From: Alkalispirochaeta sp.
Lineage (GTDB): Bacteria; Spirochaetota; Spirochaetia; DSM-27196; Alkalispirochaetaceae
Direction: 5' to 3'
Assembly: GCA_965601925.1 (NCBI GenBank)
Contig: OZ271854.1
Coordinates: 3,616,001 to 3,680,000, forward strand
DNA length: 64,000 nucleotides
The first letter of the stretch is position 1, and each line of letters starts with the position of its first letter. The notes below the pieces were generated by a model. The model saw only the letters and a program-made list of their open reading frames with translations, searched no databases and was not told the DNA's origin. A program made the position numbers and the translations under genes. Positions 9,824 to 18,568 of the stretch are shown here, piece after piece.

Positions 9824-9996
9824 GAAGGCGGTATAGCAGAAGCGCGGCGCAAAGTAAACCGGAACGAGGTTGCACTGCATTGCTTCCCTCTGTGGTTCGG
9901 ACGCGGCACGCGGAAGGCGTACGCCCTTAGGCCCCGATCGTTTCCACCATCCCCGGAGTAATGGATTGGAAGGGCGGAATCTTAGACGCGCCCAAT

Positions 9997-10660
9997 TATA
10001 GGAAGACCTATCTCGGAGCGCAAACGCAAAACGGCGGTGCAGCGAAGGACTGTTCCCGAATCAAAGCGAAATCGCAACGAGAATCGCGGTTCGCACGGTG
10101 TTGGCGATACCGTAGCCGGGCAACCGATCAAAAAAAATGCACCGATCGGACGAATCTGGTCTTTTACGGAACGGATTGTACCGGGAAGTGGACATAGGTC
10201 CCCCGTGGAGCGTGATGACGGAGACGATCAGTTGAGCCGGGTTGGGTTGAACCCCGGTGGGGACCGCCCGATCTTGAACAGATGTCGGAGAATCCTCGTG
10301 AGTTCGTCTTCATCTTACAATGGTTCGTATCCATGGAAGTCTGTAGCGTCGCCGTGATCGTAAGCGGCCTTCCAGCCGGCAGGCGCACGTTCGGCTACCC
10401 AGTGCATTTGTTCCCATCGCCCCTTCGTACGAGAAACCTACGGGCCGTACCGTTGCATGAGTTGCAACCGCCGTGGTGGGATGTGTTGAGTCGGCTCCGC
10501 GAGGAAGTTGAGGGCGTCGAACGTGTGGACGTTCTGCTTGAAGTACTTCGAGTACGTAGTGTGGAAAAGCACCACCCCCTTGAACGGCTCATAGCGGATC
10601 TTCTTCGACGAGATCGGCGGACGTGCAACGACCCCGTTGGCCAGATGCTCCGCGAAGAGG
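9997..10660 (-). mobile_element. IS91/ISCR-family remnant (degraded transposase 3' half plus candidate oriIS)
   Basis: ARPPIS..KIRY, DALNFLAE.TQHIPP..LQLMQRYG, RILRHL..IG; in-frame stops; CTTCCTATA about 220 bp downstream. Confidence 0.75.
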
Positions 10661-10822
10661 GTCGTTCGCTTTCGACCGCGCGAGACGTACCGTTTCGCTC
10701 CCGGTATTGACGGGACTACTGCGGTGCTCGCGTACACTAAGACCGAAAAAAAAGAACGCGATTACTTCAGATGACGGATGTGTTCATCGGTCCGACGGCG
10801 CGATTCGCCAACTCTAGGGTTG

Positions 10823-10868
10823 TTATTTCGTCAAATACCGAATAATATTTTGGTTGTTACCGAAATAA
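10823..10868. promoter_or_regulatory. Tandem ArsR/SdpR-type operators
   Basis: TATTTCG-N8-CGAATAA followed by TATTTTG-N8-CGAAATA; outer arms TTATTTCG/CGAAATAA. Confidence 0.6.
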
Positions 10869-10887
10869 AGAACGCCTGGGAGGTACT

Positions 10888-11577
10888 ATGGCCTGGAACT
10901 GGAAACGAGAGCTGCCGATGCTCGTCTTGATTGTCGCCGGGTTCGTTGTGAGCATGGTTCTTTGGTCCAGATTGCCGGAACAGGTGCCCGTCCATTTCAC
11001 CGTACGCGGTGAGGCGGACGGGTACGCGTCGCGAGTCGTCGGATTGCTTCTGATGCCCAGCTCAAACCTCTTGCTCTACGGATTGTTCTGGGTCCTTCCA
11101 ACCATCGATCCGGGACGCCGCAACTACGCCAACTTCGTCGGTGCATACGGAGCAATGCGGATGGGCATAGTGGCGTTGTTGTTTGGTTCTCACGTGGTGA
11201 TGCTCGTCGTCGGAACGGGGACTGTGGTGTCTGTGAATCTGATTATGATGCTGTCGGCCGGAGTTCTCTTTCTTACGATCGGAAACGTATTGGGCAAAGT
11301 GAGACCCAACTGGTTCATAGGCGTTAGGACCCCTTGGACGCTCTCCTCCAAACGTTCCTGGGACAAAACTCACCGCGTGGCGGGACGGAGTATGGTTTTT
11401 CTTGGGCTGTTGCTCATGGCCTTAGCGTGGGTAACGGAATCGTGGACGACCTATGTTGTTATTGCTGCTACCTTAGTATGTGCGGTCGGTACCGTGGTGT
11501 ACTCCTGGTGGGTGTGGCACACGGACCCCAATCCGACGGCCCCGGCTGGTACCGATGCCGACCCGGAAACTGCGTGA
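10888..11577 (+). CDS. SdpI-family membrane immunity protein (DUF1648)
   Basis: LPEQVPVHF...G.ADG, IDP, PNWFIGVRTPWTLSS..SW.KTHR motifs; SD GGGAGG. Confidence 0.92.
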   Translation: MAWNWKRELPMLVLIVAGFVVSMVLWSRLPEQVPVHFTVRGEADGYASRVVGLLLMPSSNLLLYGLFWVLPTIDPGRRNYANFVGAYGAMRMGIVALLFGSHVVMLVVGTGTVVSVNLIMMLSAGVLFLTIGNVLGKVRPNWFIGVRTPWTLSSKRSWDKTHRVAGRSMVFLGLLLMALAWVTESWTTYVVIAATLVCAVGTVVYSWWVWHTDPNPTAPAGTDADPETA

Positions 11578-11586
11578 GGCGCGGCT

Positions 11587-11877
11587 GTGGGAGTTAACCA
11601 CCGCTTTCGCGCGCTTTCCGACCCCACGCGGCGCGAGATTTTGCGACTACTCCGTAACCGGGGCATGAGTGCCGGCGACATTGCCGGACACTTCGATCTG
11701 GCTCCGTCCACCATGTCGGGCCACTTTGCCAGCCTGAAAGCAGCGGGCTTGATCGTCGCGGAGAGACACGGAACGTCGATTGTGTACAGCCTCAGCACAT
11801 CGGTTTTGGACGAACTTATTGCGGAACTGCTTGCTCTCACTGATAACGGTTCCACACCGCCAAGATCAAGCGGATGA
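11587..11877 (+). CDS. SdpR-like ArsR repressor
   Basis: FRALSDPTRREILRLL..MSAGDIA.HF....TMSGHF..LK.AGLI....G..I.YSL.TSVL. Confidence 0.9.
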   Translation: MGVNHRFRALSDPTRREILRLLRNRGMSAGDIAGHFDLAPSTMSGHFASLKAAGLIVAERHGTSIVYSLSTSVLDELIAELLALTDNGSTPPRSSG

Positions 11878-12178
11878 TTGAGTCGGAGGACACCGTTTCC
11901 ATGGGAATCCAACGGGAGAGCACGACACCAATGAAATGGACGCGGTATGACAACGTCATGCACCTTTCAGTTGCTCTGGCACGGAGATCCCAGTAAGGAT
12001 GACTGTTGGTGCCGGCTGACGCCGGTAATCGCCGCGTCAATCTCTCTCTGTGGTCGGGCCGCATCTTACGGCTCGGCCCGGACGGTATGTTCATTTGACC
12101 AGCTCGCATGACGACGATTCGCCGCTTCGGAGGACGAACCCGTTCTCGACCGAGCCCCATTGCGTTACTCTAAGGGCT

Positions 12179-12979
12179 ATGTCGGGGGCATCCGGTTGGA
12201 ATGCGGAAAAGTACGCGGGGATCTCGCAGCAGCAGATGCAGTGGGCGCTGCAGACACTCGGCTACGCGTCCGTCAAGGGTGATGAAAGCATACTTGATAT
12301 CGGTTGCGGTGACGGAAAAATCACGGCCGCTTTAGCGAATTTGACCACGGGGTCCGTCACCGGCATCGACCGTAGCCGCGAGATGATATCCTATGCAACG
12401 CGTCACTATCAGACTTCCGAGCACGCCAACTTGAGTTTCTGTGTTGGTCGCGCAGAAGCGTTTTTTCCCGAGAAACGTGTAGATGTGATTACCTCTTTTA
12501 CCGCTCTCCATTGGGTTTCTGATCACAACCGCCTCCTGCAGCATTTTGCCTCAATCCTCTCTGAACGCGGGACCTTGGTGCTACAGTTTCCCGGAAGCGG
12601 CAACGCGGCCGATCTCATCGAATGTGCATTTCAGATAATGCATAGCTTGCCGTGGGAGCCACATTTTCGGAGTTTCTCGTTCCCTTGGCAGTTCTTTGCA
12701 CCCGGCGAGTATGAGACCCTTCTCATAGGGGCAGGCTTTCAGCCTCGAGCACTGGAACTGCTTCCACGGCGAATGACGCACGAAGGAGCTGAAGGTCTTA
12801 CCGACTGGATGGAAGCAACGTGGCTTCCGTTTACCGAATGCGTACCGCCGAAACAGCGACAAGCATTCCTCTCAGAGATTGTAGATCTCTATCTATCTCA
12901 CCACCCCGAGGATGAAAGGGGAGTTGTCACAACCCAAATGTACCGGCTTCATGTAATCGCAACGCGGTCCAAGACATGA
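12179..12979 (+). CDS. Class I SAM methyltransferase, trans-aconitate methyltransferase-like
   Basis: WNAEKY, ILDIGCGDG, S.TALHWVSDH, TWLPFT, YRL. Confidence 0.88.
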   Translation: MSGASGWNAEKYAGISQQQMQWALQTLGYASVKGDESILDIGCGDGKITAALANLTTGSVTGIDRSREMISYATRHYQTSEHANLSFCVGRAEAFFPEKRVDVITSFTALHWVSDHNRLLQHFASILSERGTLVLQFPGSGNAADLIECAFQIMHSLPWEPHFRSFSFPWQFFAPGEYETLLIGAGFQPRALELLPRRMTHEGAEGLTDWMEATWLPFTECVPPKQRQAFLSEIVDLYLSHHPEDERGVVTTQMYRLHVIATRSKT

Positions 12980-13004
12980 GTGCATTGCATTTGTATACGA
13001 AATG

Positions 13005-13340
13005 AACACGGAAAAGTCGCGCGCCCGGTCCGCTGGGTACCGAATCCGACATTCGTCGTGAGGGAGAGGCCGCCGAGCTCCGGATCGTAGCGATCGAGCG
13101 CTTCAACGGTCGCCTCGAAGCCGAAACCTTCGATGCGGTGTGGGGCATGACGCACGACGGCGACGCGTACCTGCAGCAGGCCAAGAAGCGGTTCGGCGAA
13201 GAGTTGCCCAAGGTCGTCGACAAACTTGCGGCCGGTCTGCGCCGGCGGTTGGGCGAGCCACCCTACGAGCTCGATCTTCCCACCCTCACGACCCTTGTGA
13301 GGGATCCCCGACTCTGGACGCCTACGCAGCTCGGCGACGT
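13005..13340 (+). pseudogene. 5'-truncated gene fragment of unknown family
   Basis: Open frame with protein-like sequence (AAELRIVAIERFNG...YELDLPTLTTLVR), no clear start or SD; runs into the permease 3' end. Confidence 0.35.
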
Positions 13341-14167
13341 CCGCGCCGCACGATATAGTCTCTTGTCCGCGACCAGCCGAAGGCCAATGCGAAAAAGAGC
13401 GTTAATGTGAGCACGATCGCAGGACCTGATGAGACGTCGCCGTAGAACGAGAGGTAAAATCCGATCAGCGTCGCCGCGAGAGACATTGCAACCGAGAGAG
13501 CCGTGATCGTCGACAGTCGCTTGAATACCATGGAAGCCGCTGCTGCGGGCGTCACGAGCAGAGACAGAACGAGGATGACTCCTACGGTTTGAATAGCGAC
13601 TACGGTGGTCGTGGCGAGCAGAAAGAGCAGGAGATACCGCATCGCCGTCGGCGACAGCCCAATGGCGACCGAATGGGCCGGATCAAACGAGGTTACCAGA
13701 AGCTCTTTGTGAGAAAGCGCGAGAACGATCACCGTGAGCACTACAACACCGGACATAACGATCAGATCCGATGCTCCAACTCCGAGAATGTTGCCGAAGA
13801 GGATATGACCCAGGTCTCGGAAGGTGGTGATTCTGCTCATCAACAGCACGCCGAGCGCGAAAAAGCTCGAGAAGATAACACCGATGGCGGTGTCCTCCTT
13901 CAATCGCCTTCGTCCGGAGATCAGACCGATCCCGACGACGGCGAGGATTGCGGCCCCGAGAGCGCCCAAGAAGAGACTCACCCCGAGGACGTAGGCGACG
14001 ACAATCCCGGGAAGTATGGCGTGAGCCAACGCGTCTCCCACGAAGGCCATCCCCCGCCACACGACAAACGCGCTGAGAAGGGCACATGCGAGCGCCGCAA
14101 GCATACCGCCGGCAAGGCCCCGGAGCACGAATCCGTATGAGAGCGGCTCCAGCAGAAGCTCTATCAT
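13322..14167 (-). CDS. Zn/Mn ABC transporter permease (ZnuB/MntB-like)
   Basis: GDALAHAILPG, EDTAIG, HILFGNILG, SFDP, VGVILV..LLVTPAA. Confidence 0.95.
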   Translation of the reverse strand: MIELLLEPLSYGFVLRGLAGGMLAALACALLSAFVVWRGMAFVGDALAHAILPGIVVAYVLGVSLFLGALGAAILAVVGIGLISGRRRLKEDTAIGVIFSSFFALGVLLMSRITTFRDLGHILFGNILGVGASDLIVMSGVVVLTVIVLALSHKELLVTSFDPAHSVAIGLSPTAMRYLLLFLLATTTVVAIQTVGVILVLSLLVTPAAAASMVFKRLSTITALSVAMSLAATLIGFYLSFYGDVSSGPAIVLTLTLFFALAFGWSRTRDYIVRRGRRRAA

Positions 14168-14973
14168 CGCGCGTAGTCCTTGTGAAACTCGAACCCGTAC
14201 GCCGCGGCAATCGTCTCCGGCGTCATGACATCCTCGACGCGGCCGTCGGCGATGATCTTGCGGTCCAGAAAAACCGCCCGAGTGAAGTGAACCGTCAGGA
14301 CGCCGAGATCATGCGTGCTCACCAAGACCGCCTTTCCGGCCGATGTGAGCCGCTCGAGGGTGTGAAAGATGAGCTCCTGCGTGGAGATATCGACGTGGTT
14401 GAGCGGCTCGTCGAGGAGGAGCAAATCGGCGTCGTGCGCCAATGTTCTGGCAAGCATAACCCGCTGCTGCTGTCCCCCCGAGAGCTCTCCGACGCGGCGG
14501 TCGGCGAGATTCGCGATCTCCATGGTCGAGAGCGCCTCATCCACCCGATCGCGATCCTCTTCCCGAGGCCGACGGAACCAACCGAGATGAACGTAACGCC
14601 CCATCATAACCACCTGCCGGACGGTGACCGGGAAGCGCCAGTCGACCGCCGAGCGTTGCGGTACGATGGCCACGCGGTGGCGACACCTGTGCGCCGGATT
14701 GCCGTACACCTCCATGCTACCGGCGTGTCCCGCCTCCATGCCCAGAATCAGGTGGAGCAGCGTGGACTTACCGGCGCCGTTCGGACCCGCCAACGCTACC
14801 CGTTCTCCGGGGTGCACGGTGAGGGAGACGCCGTCTAAGACCTCCGTGTCGGAGCCCGGATAGCGGAATCGTACGTCGCGAACTGAGAGAGCGGGCGAGT
14901 GCGGCACCGCCGGGGTATCGCACTCGCTGCCGCCGCAGGCGTGACCGTAGTTCAGTCGTTGCAGTAGACGCAA
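14164..14973 (-). CDS. Zn/Mn ABC transporter ATPase (ZnuC-like)
   Basis: GPNGAGKST, VPQR...DW.FPVTV, LSGGQQQR, LLDEP, STHDL. Confidence 0.95.
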   Translation of the reverse strand: MRLLQRLNYGHACGGSECDTPAVPHSPALSVRDVRFRYPGSDTEVLDGVSLTVHPGERVALAGPNGAGKSTLLHLILGMEAGHAGSMEVYGNPAHRCRHRVAIVPQRSAVDWRFPVTVRQVVMMGRYVHLGWFRRPREEDRDRVDEALSTMEIANLADRRVGELSGGQQQRVMLARTLAHDADLLLLDEPLNHVDISTQELIFHTLERLTSAGKAVLVSTHDLGVLTVHFTRAVFLDRKIIADGRVEDVMTPETIAAAYGFEFHKDYAR

Positions 14974-14983
14974 ACGAGGTGCA

Positions 14984-16207
14984 CTACCGACTGAGGGCCG
15001 CGACGATTTGCTCGGTGTTAAACCGAATGAACTCCAAGTAGGTGTCTCCGCGACTCCCCTCGGGGGCCAAGGAGCCGGTCAGGATCTCCACAACTTGGAC
15101 ATCTCGTCCAACCTCCGCGGCTACCGCATCCACGAGGTTTCGCAAGCCCCGTCCCGCGGTACCGCCGATGAATATGGCGGAAGCTTCTTCCTCCCGAATC
15201 ACTTCGGCGAGCTCGGCGATGTGCCGGGCCGACGGTTCGGCTTGGTCGGACAGCGACGGAATGACCTCCCCGATCACTTCAAACCCGTATTCCTCGGCGT
15301 AGTAGCCGAGCGCGGCGTGGTCCACCACCAATTTTCGGCGGTTGCGCGGGATTGCGGCGACCTGTTGCCGAATCTCAAGATCGAGCGTTTCCAACTCGGC
15401 GATATACGCGTCACGATTCGCCTCATAGATCGAAGCGTTGGCAGGATCGGCCTCGCTCAGCGCCTCGGCGATGTTCTCCGCCCAGACGATGACGTTGGTC
15501 GGATCGAACCAAAAATGGGGATCTCCCGCCGCATGGTCGTGGTCGTGATCATGGTCGTCATGGTGAGCTTCATCGTGGTCGTGCTCACCCTCGTGATCGT
15601 CGTGATGAGCTTCGTCGTGGTCCTCATCGTGACCATGGTCGTGCTCGCCCTCGTGATCGTCATGGTGGGCCTCGTCGTGGTCGTGGTTTCCTTCGTGATC
15701 GTGGTCGTGCTCGCCGCCCTCGATAACGGCAATACCGGCGGAGACCGGCACCACATAGGTTCCCGCCACGTTCTCGATCGTCTCCATTAGCTCCTCTTCG
15801 AGATCCAGGCCGTTCACAAATGCAATATAGGATTCTTCCAGTGCGATGATGTCGCGGGGAGTCGGCTCATAGCTATGGGGGTTCTGACCGATCGGCATCA
15901 AGACGTCGACGGTCGCCGCCGAACCGGCGATTTGACGCACCACGTCGCCCACGATACTCGTTGAGGCGACGATGCGGAGTGATTCACCCGCTGCGAGCTC
16001 GGCGGGCTCGATATGGGGTATGGCCATTTCACCCTCATGATGGTGCTCATCACCGTGCTCGTGGTCGTCGTGCTCATCGTGGTGATGGTCCTCGGAAGCG
16101 GTTTGATCGGTCTCCTGAGAGCCCCCCGCCCAGAGCGTACCGACCGAGAAGGCCAGAAAAAAAGCGATCAGGAGCGCGAGCCCCTTCCTGAAATGAATGT
16201 CGTGCAT
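14984..16207 (-). CDS. Zn ABC transporter substrate-binding protein (ZnuA/AdcA-like) with two His-rich tracts
   Basis: Signal peptide with spirochaete-style AGGSQE; NPHSYEPTP, NGLDLE, DPHFWFDP, HAALGY; ATG 16207 with SD AAGGAG. Confidence 0.93.
   Translation of the reverse strand: MHDIHFRKGLALLIAFFLAFSVGTLWAGGSQETDQTASEDHHHDEHDDHEHGDEHHHEGEMAIPHIEPAELAAGESLRIVASTSIVGDVVRQIAGSAATVDVLMPIGQNPHSYEPTPRDIIALEESYIAFVNGLDLEEELMETIENVAGTYVVPVSAGIAVIEGGEHDHDHEGNHDHDEAHHDDHEGEHDHGHDEDHDEAHHDDHEGEHDHDEAHHDDHDHDHDHAAGDPHFWFDPTNVIVWAENIAEALSEADPANASIYEANRDAYIAELETLDLEIRQQVAAIPRNRRKLVVDHAALGYYAEEYGFEVIGEVIPSLSDQAEPSARHIAELAEVIREEEASAIFIGGTAGRGLRNLVDAVAAEVGRDVQVVEILTGSLAPEGSRGDTYLEFIRFNTEQIVAALSR
15532..15711 (-). 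repeat. Intragenic tandem repeat encoding HDEAHHDDH(EGEHDH) x3
   Basis: Three near-identical His/acidic units in the ZnuA flexible loop. Confidence 0.85.
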
Positions 16208-16236
16208 GAATGTCTCCTTATGTGTCGTGATGATGA

Positions 16237-16512
16237 CTAATGGGTAACCACTTCGTGATCGCATACTATGTGTCTTTCGTGACATTGCCCGCAAAGCTGC
16301 ACGCGGTGATGGGTGCTAAACTCCTCCCAATGGCGCATCTGCGAGGCCGTCAGGGACCCGGTCCCACTACAGAGGGGACAGGCGTTTCCGAGCGCGGCGA
16401 GTATCGCTCGCCGGATGAAATCGGATCTATTTCGCATGCCGGCGAGCTCGTCCGCCAAGTCCTGACCCACCTTGAAGGTAATTACCTCTTCCTTTCGCCG
16501 ACCCGCGGACAT
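16237..16512 (-). CDS. Ribbon-helix-helix (CopG-like) regulator with C-terminal Cys/His metal-binding domain
   Basis: VITFKV beta-strand, helix, NRSDFIRRAI; then CPLCSGTG, HW, HH, CGQC, H..C.H; SD GGAGGAGG. Confidence 0.8.
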   Translation of the reverse strand: MSAGRRKEEVITFKVGQDLADELAGMRNRSDFIRRAILAALGNACPLCSGTGSLTASQMRHWEEFSTHHRVQLCGQCHERHIVCDHEVVTH

Positions 16513-16557
16513 AGAGCGCCTCCTCCGATCCGTGTTATCGAGAAATCGTTAACACGG

Positions 16558-16584
16558 AGTAATATAGTATGTCAATGTATTACT
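16558..16584 (-). promoter_or_regulatory. Operator AGTAATA-N13-TATTACT enclosing a TTGACA -35 box
   Basis: 7-bp perfect inverted repeat; TTGACA on minus strand at 16570-16575; -10 box weak. Confidence 0.7.
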
Positions 16585-16602
16585 TAGACACGCCGTGTCG
16601 CT

Positions 16603-17850
16603 CTATTGCGTTTCGACGTCGTCCATGATGTAGCTCGCAAAGGGATTTTCCTGTTCCGACCAAACCTCGTAGATGTTTGCTGGAGTCAGCCCGTCCAGCT
16701 CTTCGTCGGAAAGCAGACAGAACTCCAATGACGCTTGAATCTCGGATGTATCGATGCCCACACCGATAAAAACGAGCTCTTGGCGGCGATCTCCCCACGG
16801 GACCTCGAACTCCTTCCTAATCCGGTCGCGCAACTCCGCTTCTCGCGGCCACTGCAAAACATCGACGGCGGACCACCAATATCCGGCGTGTTCGACCCGT
16901 TTCTGCGGGCCCGCTTGGGAGATGAAGAGTGCAAGTTCCGGATGCGGAGCGACCCAAAAGAATCCCTTCGCGCGTACGACGCCGGGAATCGTCTGTTGAA
17001 GCCAGTCGTACAGCCGCTGCGGATGGAACGGCCGGCGGCTCCGAAAGGTCACACTCCTGATGCCGTACTCCTCAGTCTCCGGAACGTGTTCGGCGTTTAG
17101 CTCTTCCTCCCACGCGGCGGACGATTCGGCGACCTCCAGATCGAAACTCCCGGTGTTGAGGATGCTCTCGAGAGGTATGTTTGAGTATGATGAGCGAATC
17201 GTCTTGCACGTCGGATTCATCGAGTGGACCAGTTGCTCAACGTTCGCGATCGTCGCTTCGTCAACCAAATCCGTTTTGTTGATAACTATGACGTCCGCAA
17301 ACTCTATCTGATCGATCAGAAGGTGTGCGATAGTTCGTTCGTCGTCTTCGGCTACCTCTTCGCCCCGGTCGCGGAGACTGTCTGTTGACTGAAACTCCGC
17401 AAGAATGGTCGATGCGTCCACAACGGTGACCATCGTGTCGATCCGCGAGAGATCTCGTAGACTCCCGCCTTCCGGATCGTCGAACACAAAGGTCTGCGCG
17501 ACGGGAAGCGGCTCGGATATTCCGGACGATTCAATAAGCAGGTAATCGAATCGTTTTTCTCGGGCGATGCGGCTCACCTCGGTGAGGAGATCTTCGCGGA
17601 GTGTACAGCAAATACAGCCGTTGGTCATTTCGACCAACTTCTCTTCGGTGTGGCTTAAGCGCGCATCTCCTTTCGCAACGACCGAAGCGTCGATATTCAC
17701 CTCCGACATATCGTTCACGATAACGGCGACCTTCAAGCCGTGACGATGGGAAAGAATGTGGTTGAGAAGCGTTGTCTTGCCGGAGCCGAGATAACCGGAA
17801 AGCACCGTAACGGGGATCCGCGAATCCTGGGAAGAAGTATCGATCATCAT
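16603..17850 (-). CDS. COG0523 G3E GTPase zinc metallochaperone (YciC/ZagA/ZigA-like)
   Basis: GYLGSGKTT, NDMSEVNID, NGCICC, ESSGISEP, NKTD, RPFHPQR, GDRRQELVFIG. Confidence 0.95.
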   Translation of the reverse strand: MMIDTSSQDSRIPVTVLSGYLGSGKTTLLNHILSHRHGLKVAVIVNDMSEVNIDASVVAKGDARLSHTEEKLVEMTNGCICCTLREDLLTEVSRIAREKRFDYLLIESSGISEPLPVAQTFVFDDPEGGSLRDLSRIDTMVTVVDASTILAEFQSTDSLRDRGEEVAEDDERTIAHLLIDQIEFADVIVINKTDLVDEATIANVEQLVHSMNPTCKTIRSSYSNIPLESILNTGSFDLEVAESSAAWEEELNAEHVPETEEYGIRSVTFRSRRPFHPQRLYDWLQQTIPGVVRAKGFFWVAPHPELALFISQAGPQKRVEHAGYWWSAVDVLQWPREAELRDRIRKEFEVPWGDRRQELVFIGVGIDTSEIQASLEFCLLSDEELDGLTPANIYEVWSEQENPFASYIMDDVETQ

Positions 17851-17856
17851 GAACGA

Positions 17857-17886
17857 AGTAATACTTAGTAATATATGGTGAGTCAA
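17857..17886 (-). promoter_or_regulatory. Promoter TTGACT-17-TATTAC with two AGTAATA boxes
   Basis: AGTAATAC 17857-17864 and AGTAATAT 17867-17874; -35 at 17881-17886; ATG 7 nt after the -10. Confidence 0.65.
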
Positions 17887-17968
17887 GCATCCGCGAACCC
17901 AACGCAATTCGGTTTAGTCCTCCGACGCCCGGCGAAACAGTTGAGATTGAGTGCGGAGGCTCGAGAGA

Positions 17969-18325
17969 TTACAAGGATAGGGGAAGCTTTAAGGAAACGC
18001 CGGAAACTGCCTCGATTTCTCCTGCTGCATCCACTATTTCGTATTGTGGTAAGAAGGACGAAGTAGAGGTAGGCACTACCTCGCCGCCCCTGAGGTAGAC
18101 CACCTCTTCTACGGCCAGTTCAATAGAGGAATCGTCGACGTGCCAGGTACCCGAAAATCGATGCAGTATACCACTTGCCGCAGAGAAAAAAATAAAGGTT
18201 TGATCTTCAAAAAAATAGAACGTATCGGATTGACCTGAAGCCACCATCGTCGCCTTGTGCCACATTCCCACCAACTCTCGTTGAGAGAGCGACGGTGAGG
18301 TATCCTGCGGCGTGTGTTTTTCCAT
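17969..18325 (-). CDS. Hypothetical protein, possibly a truncated lipocalin-like remnant
   Basis: ELVGMW and SGTW motifs; visibly lower GC than neighbours. Confidence 0.4.
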   Translation of the reverse strand: MEKHTPQDTSPSLSQRELVGMWHKATMVASGQSDTFYFFEDQTFIFFSAASGILHRFSGTWHVDDSSIELAVEEVVYLRGGEVVPTSTSSFLPQYEIVDAAGEIEAVSGVSLKLPLSL

Positions 18326-18568
18326 TGCTCGTTCTCAGCGATCTGCCCGCGCTCAGTGGATGATAGGAAGACATATTTCGGAGTACAAGCGCAAAGCCGC
18401 CCTCCGGAACGACACGTATCTCGAACGGCTCCCGTTCGACTCGGACCAGACGATCTCGACGGTCAGATCGGGCTGAGTCATACGCGCCGGCCCTGTGAGT
18501 ATCGCCCCTTGACTTATCGCCCCGATCTCTGCTACATAGTCTCTTCATTCTTTTTGGAGTTATAAACG

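Noticed and set aside
11878..12178. Possible ncRNA, riboswitch or sigma54 site (TGGCACG) in the intergenic gap
   Set aside because: No -12 GC at the right spacing and no recognisable RNA motif
16476..16487. Palindrome AGGTAATTACCT sharing half-sites with the MmyB operator
   Set aside because: Inside coding sequence (EVITF), opposite arrangement and no spacer; likely coincidence
18500..18523. TATCGCCCC direct repeat around the rplU -35
   Set aside because: Only two copies and no supporting context
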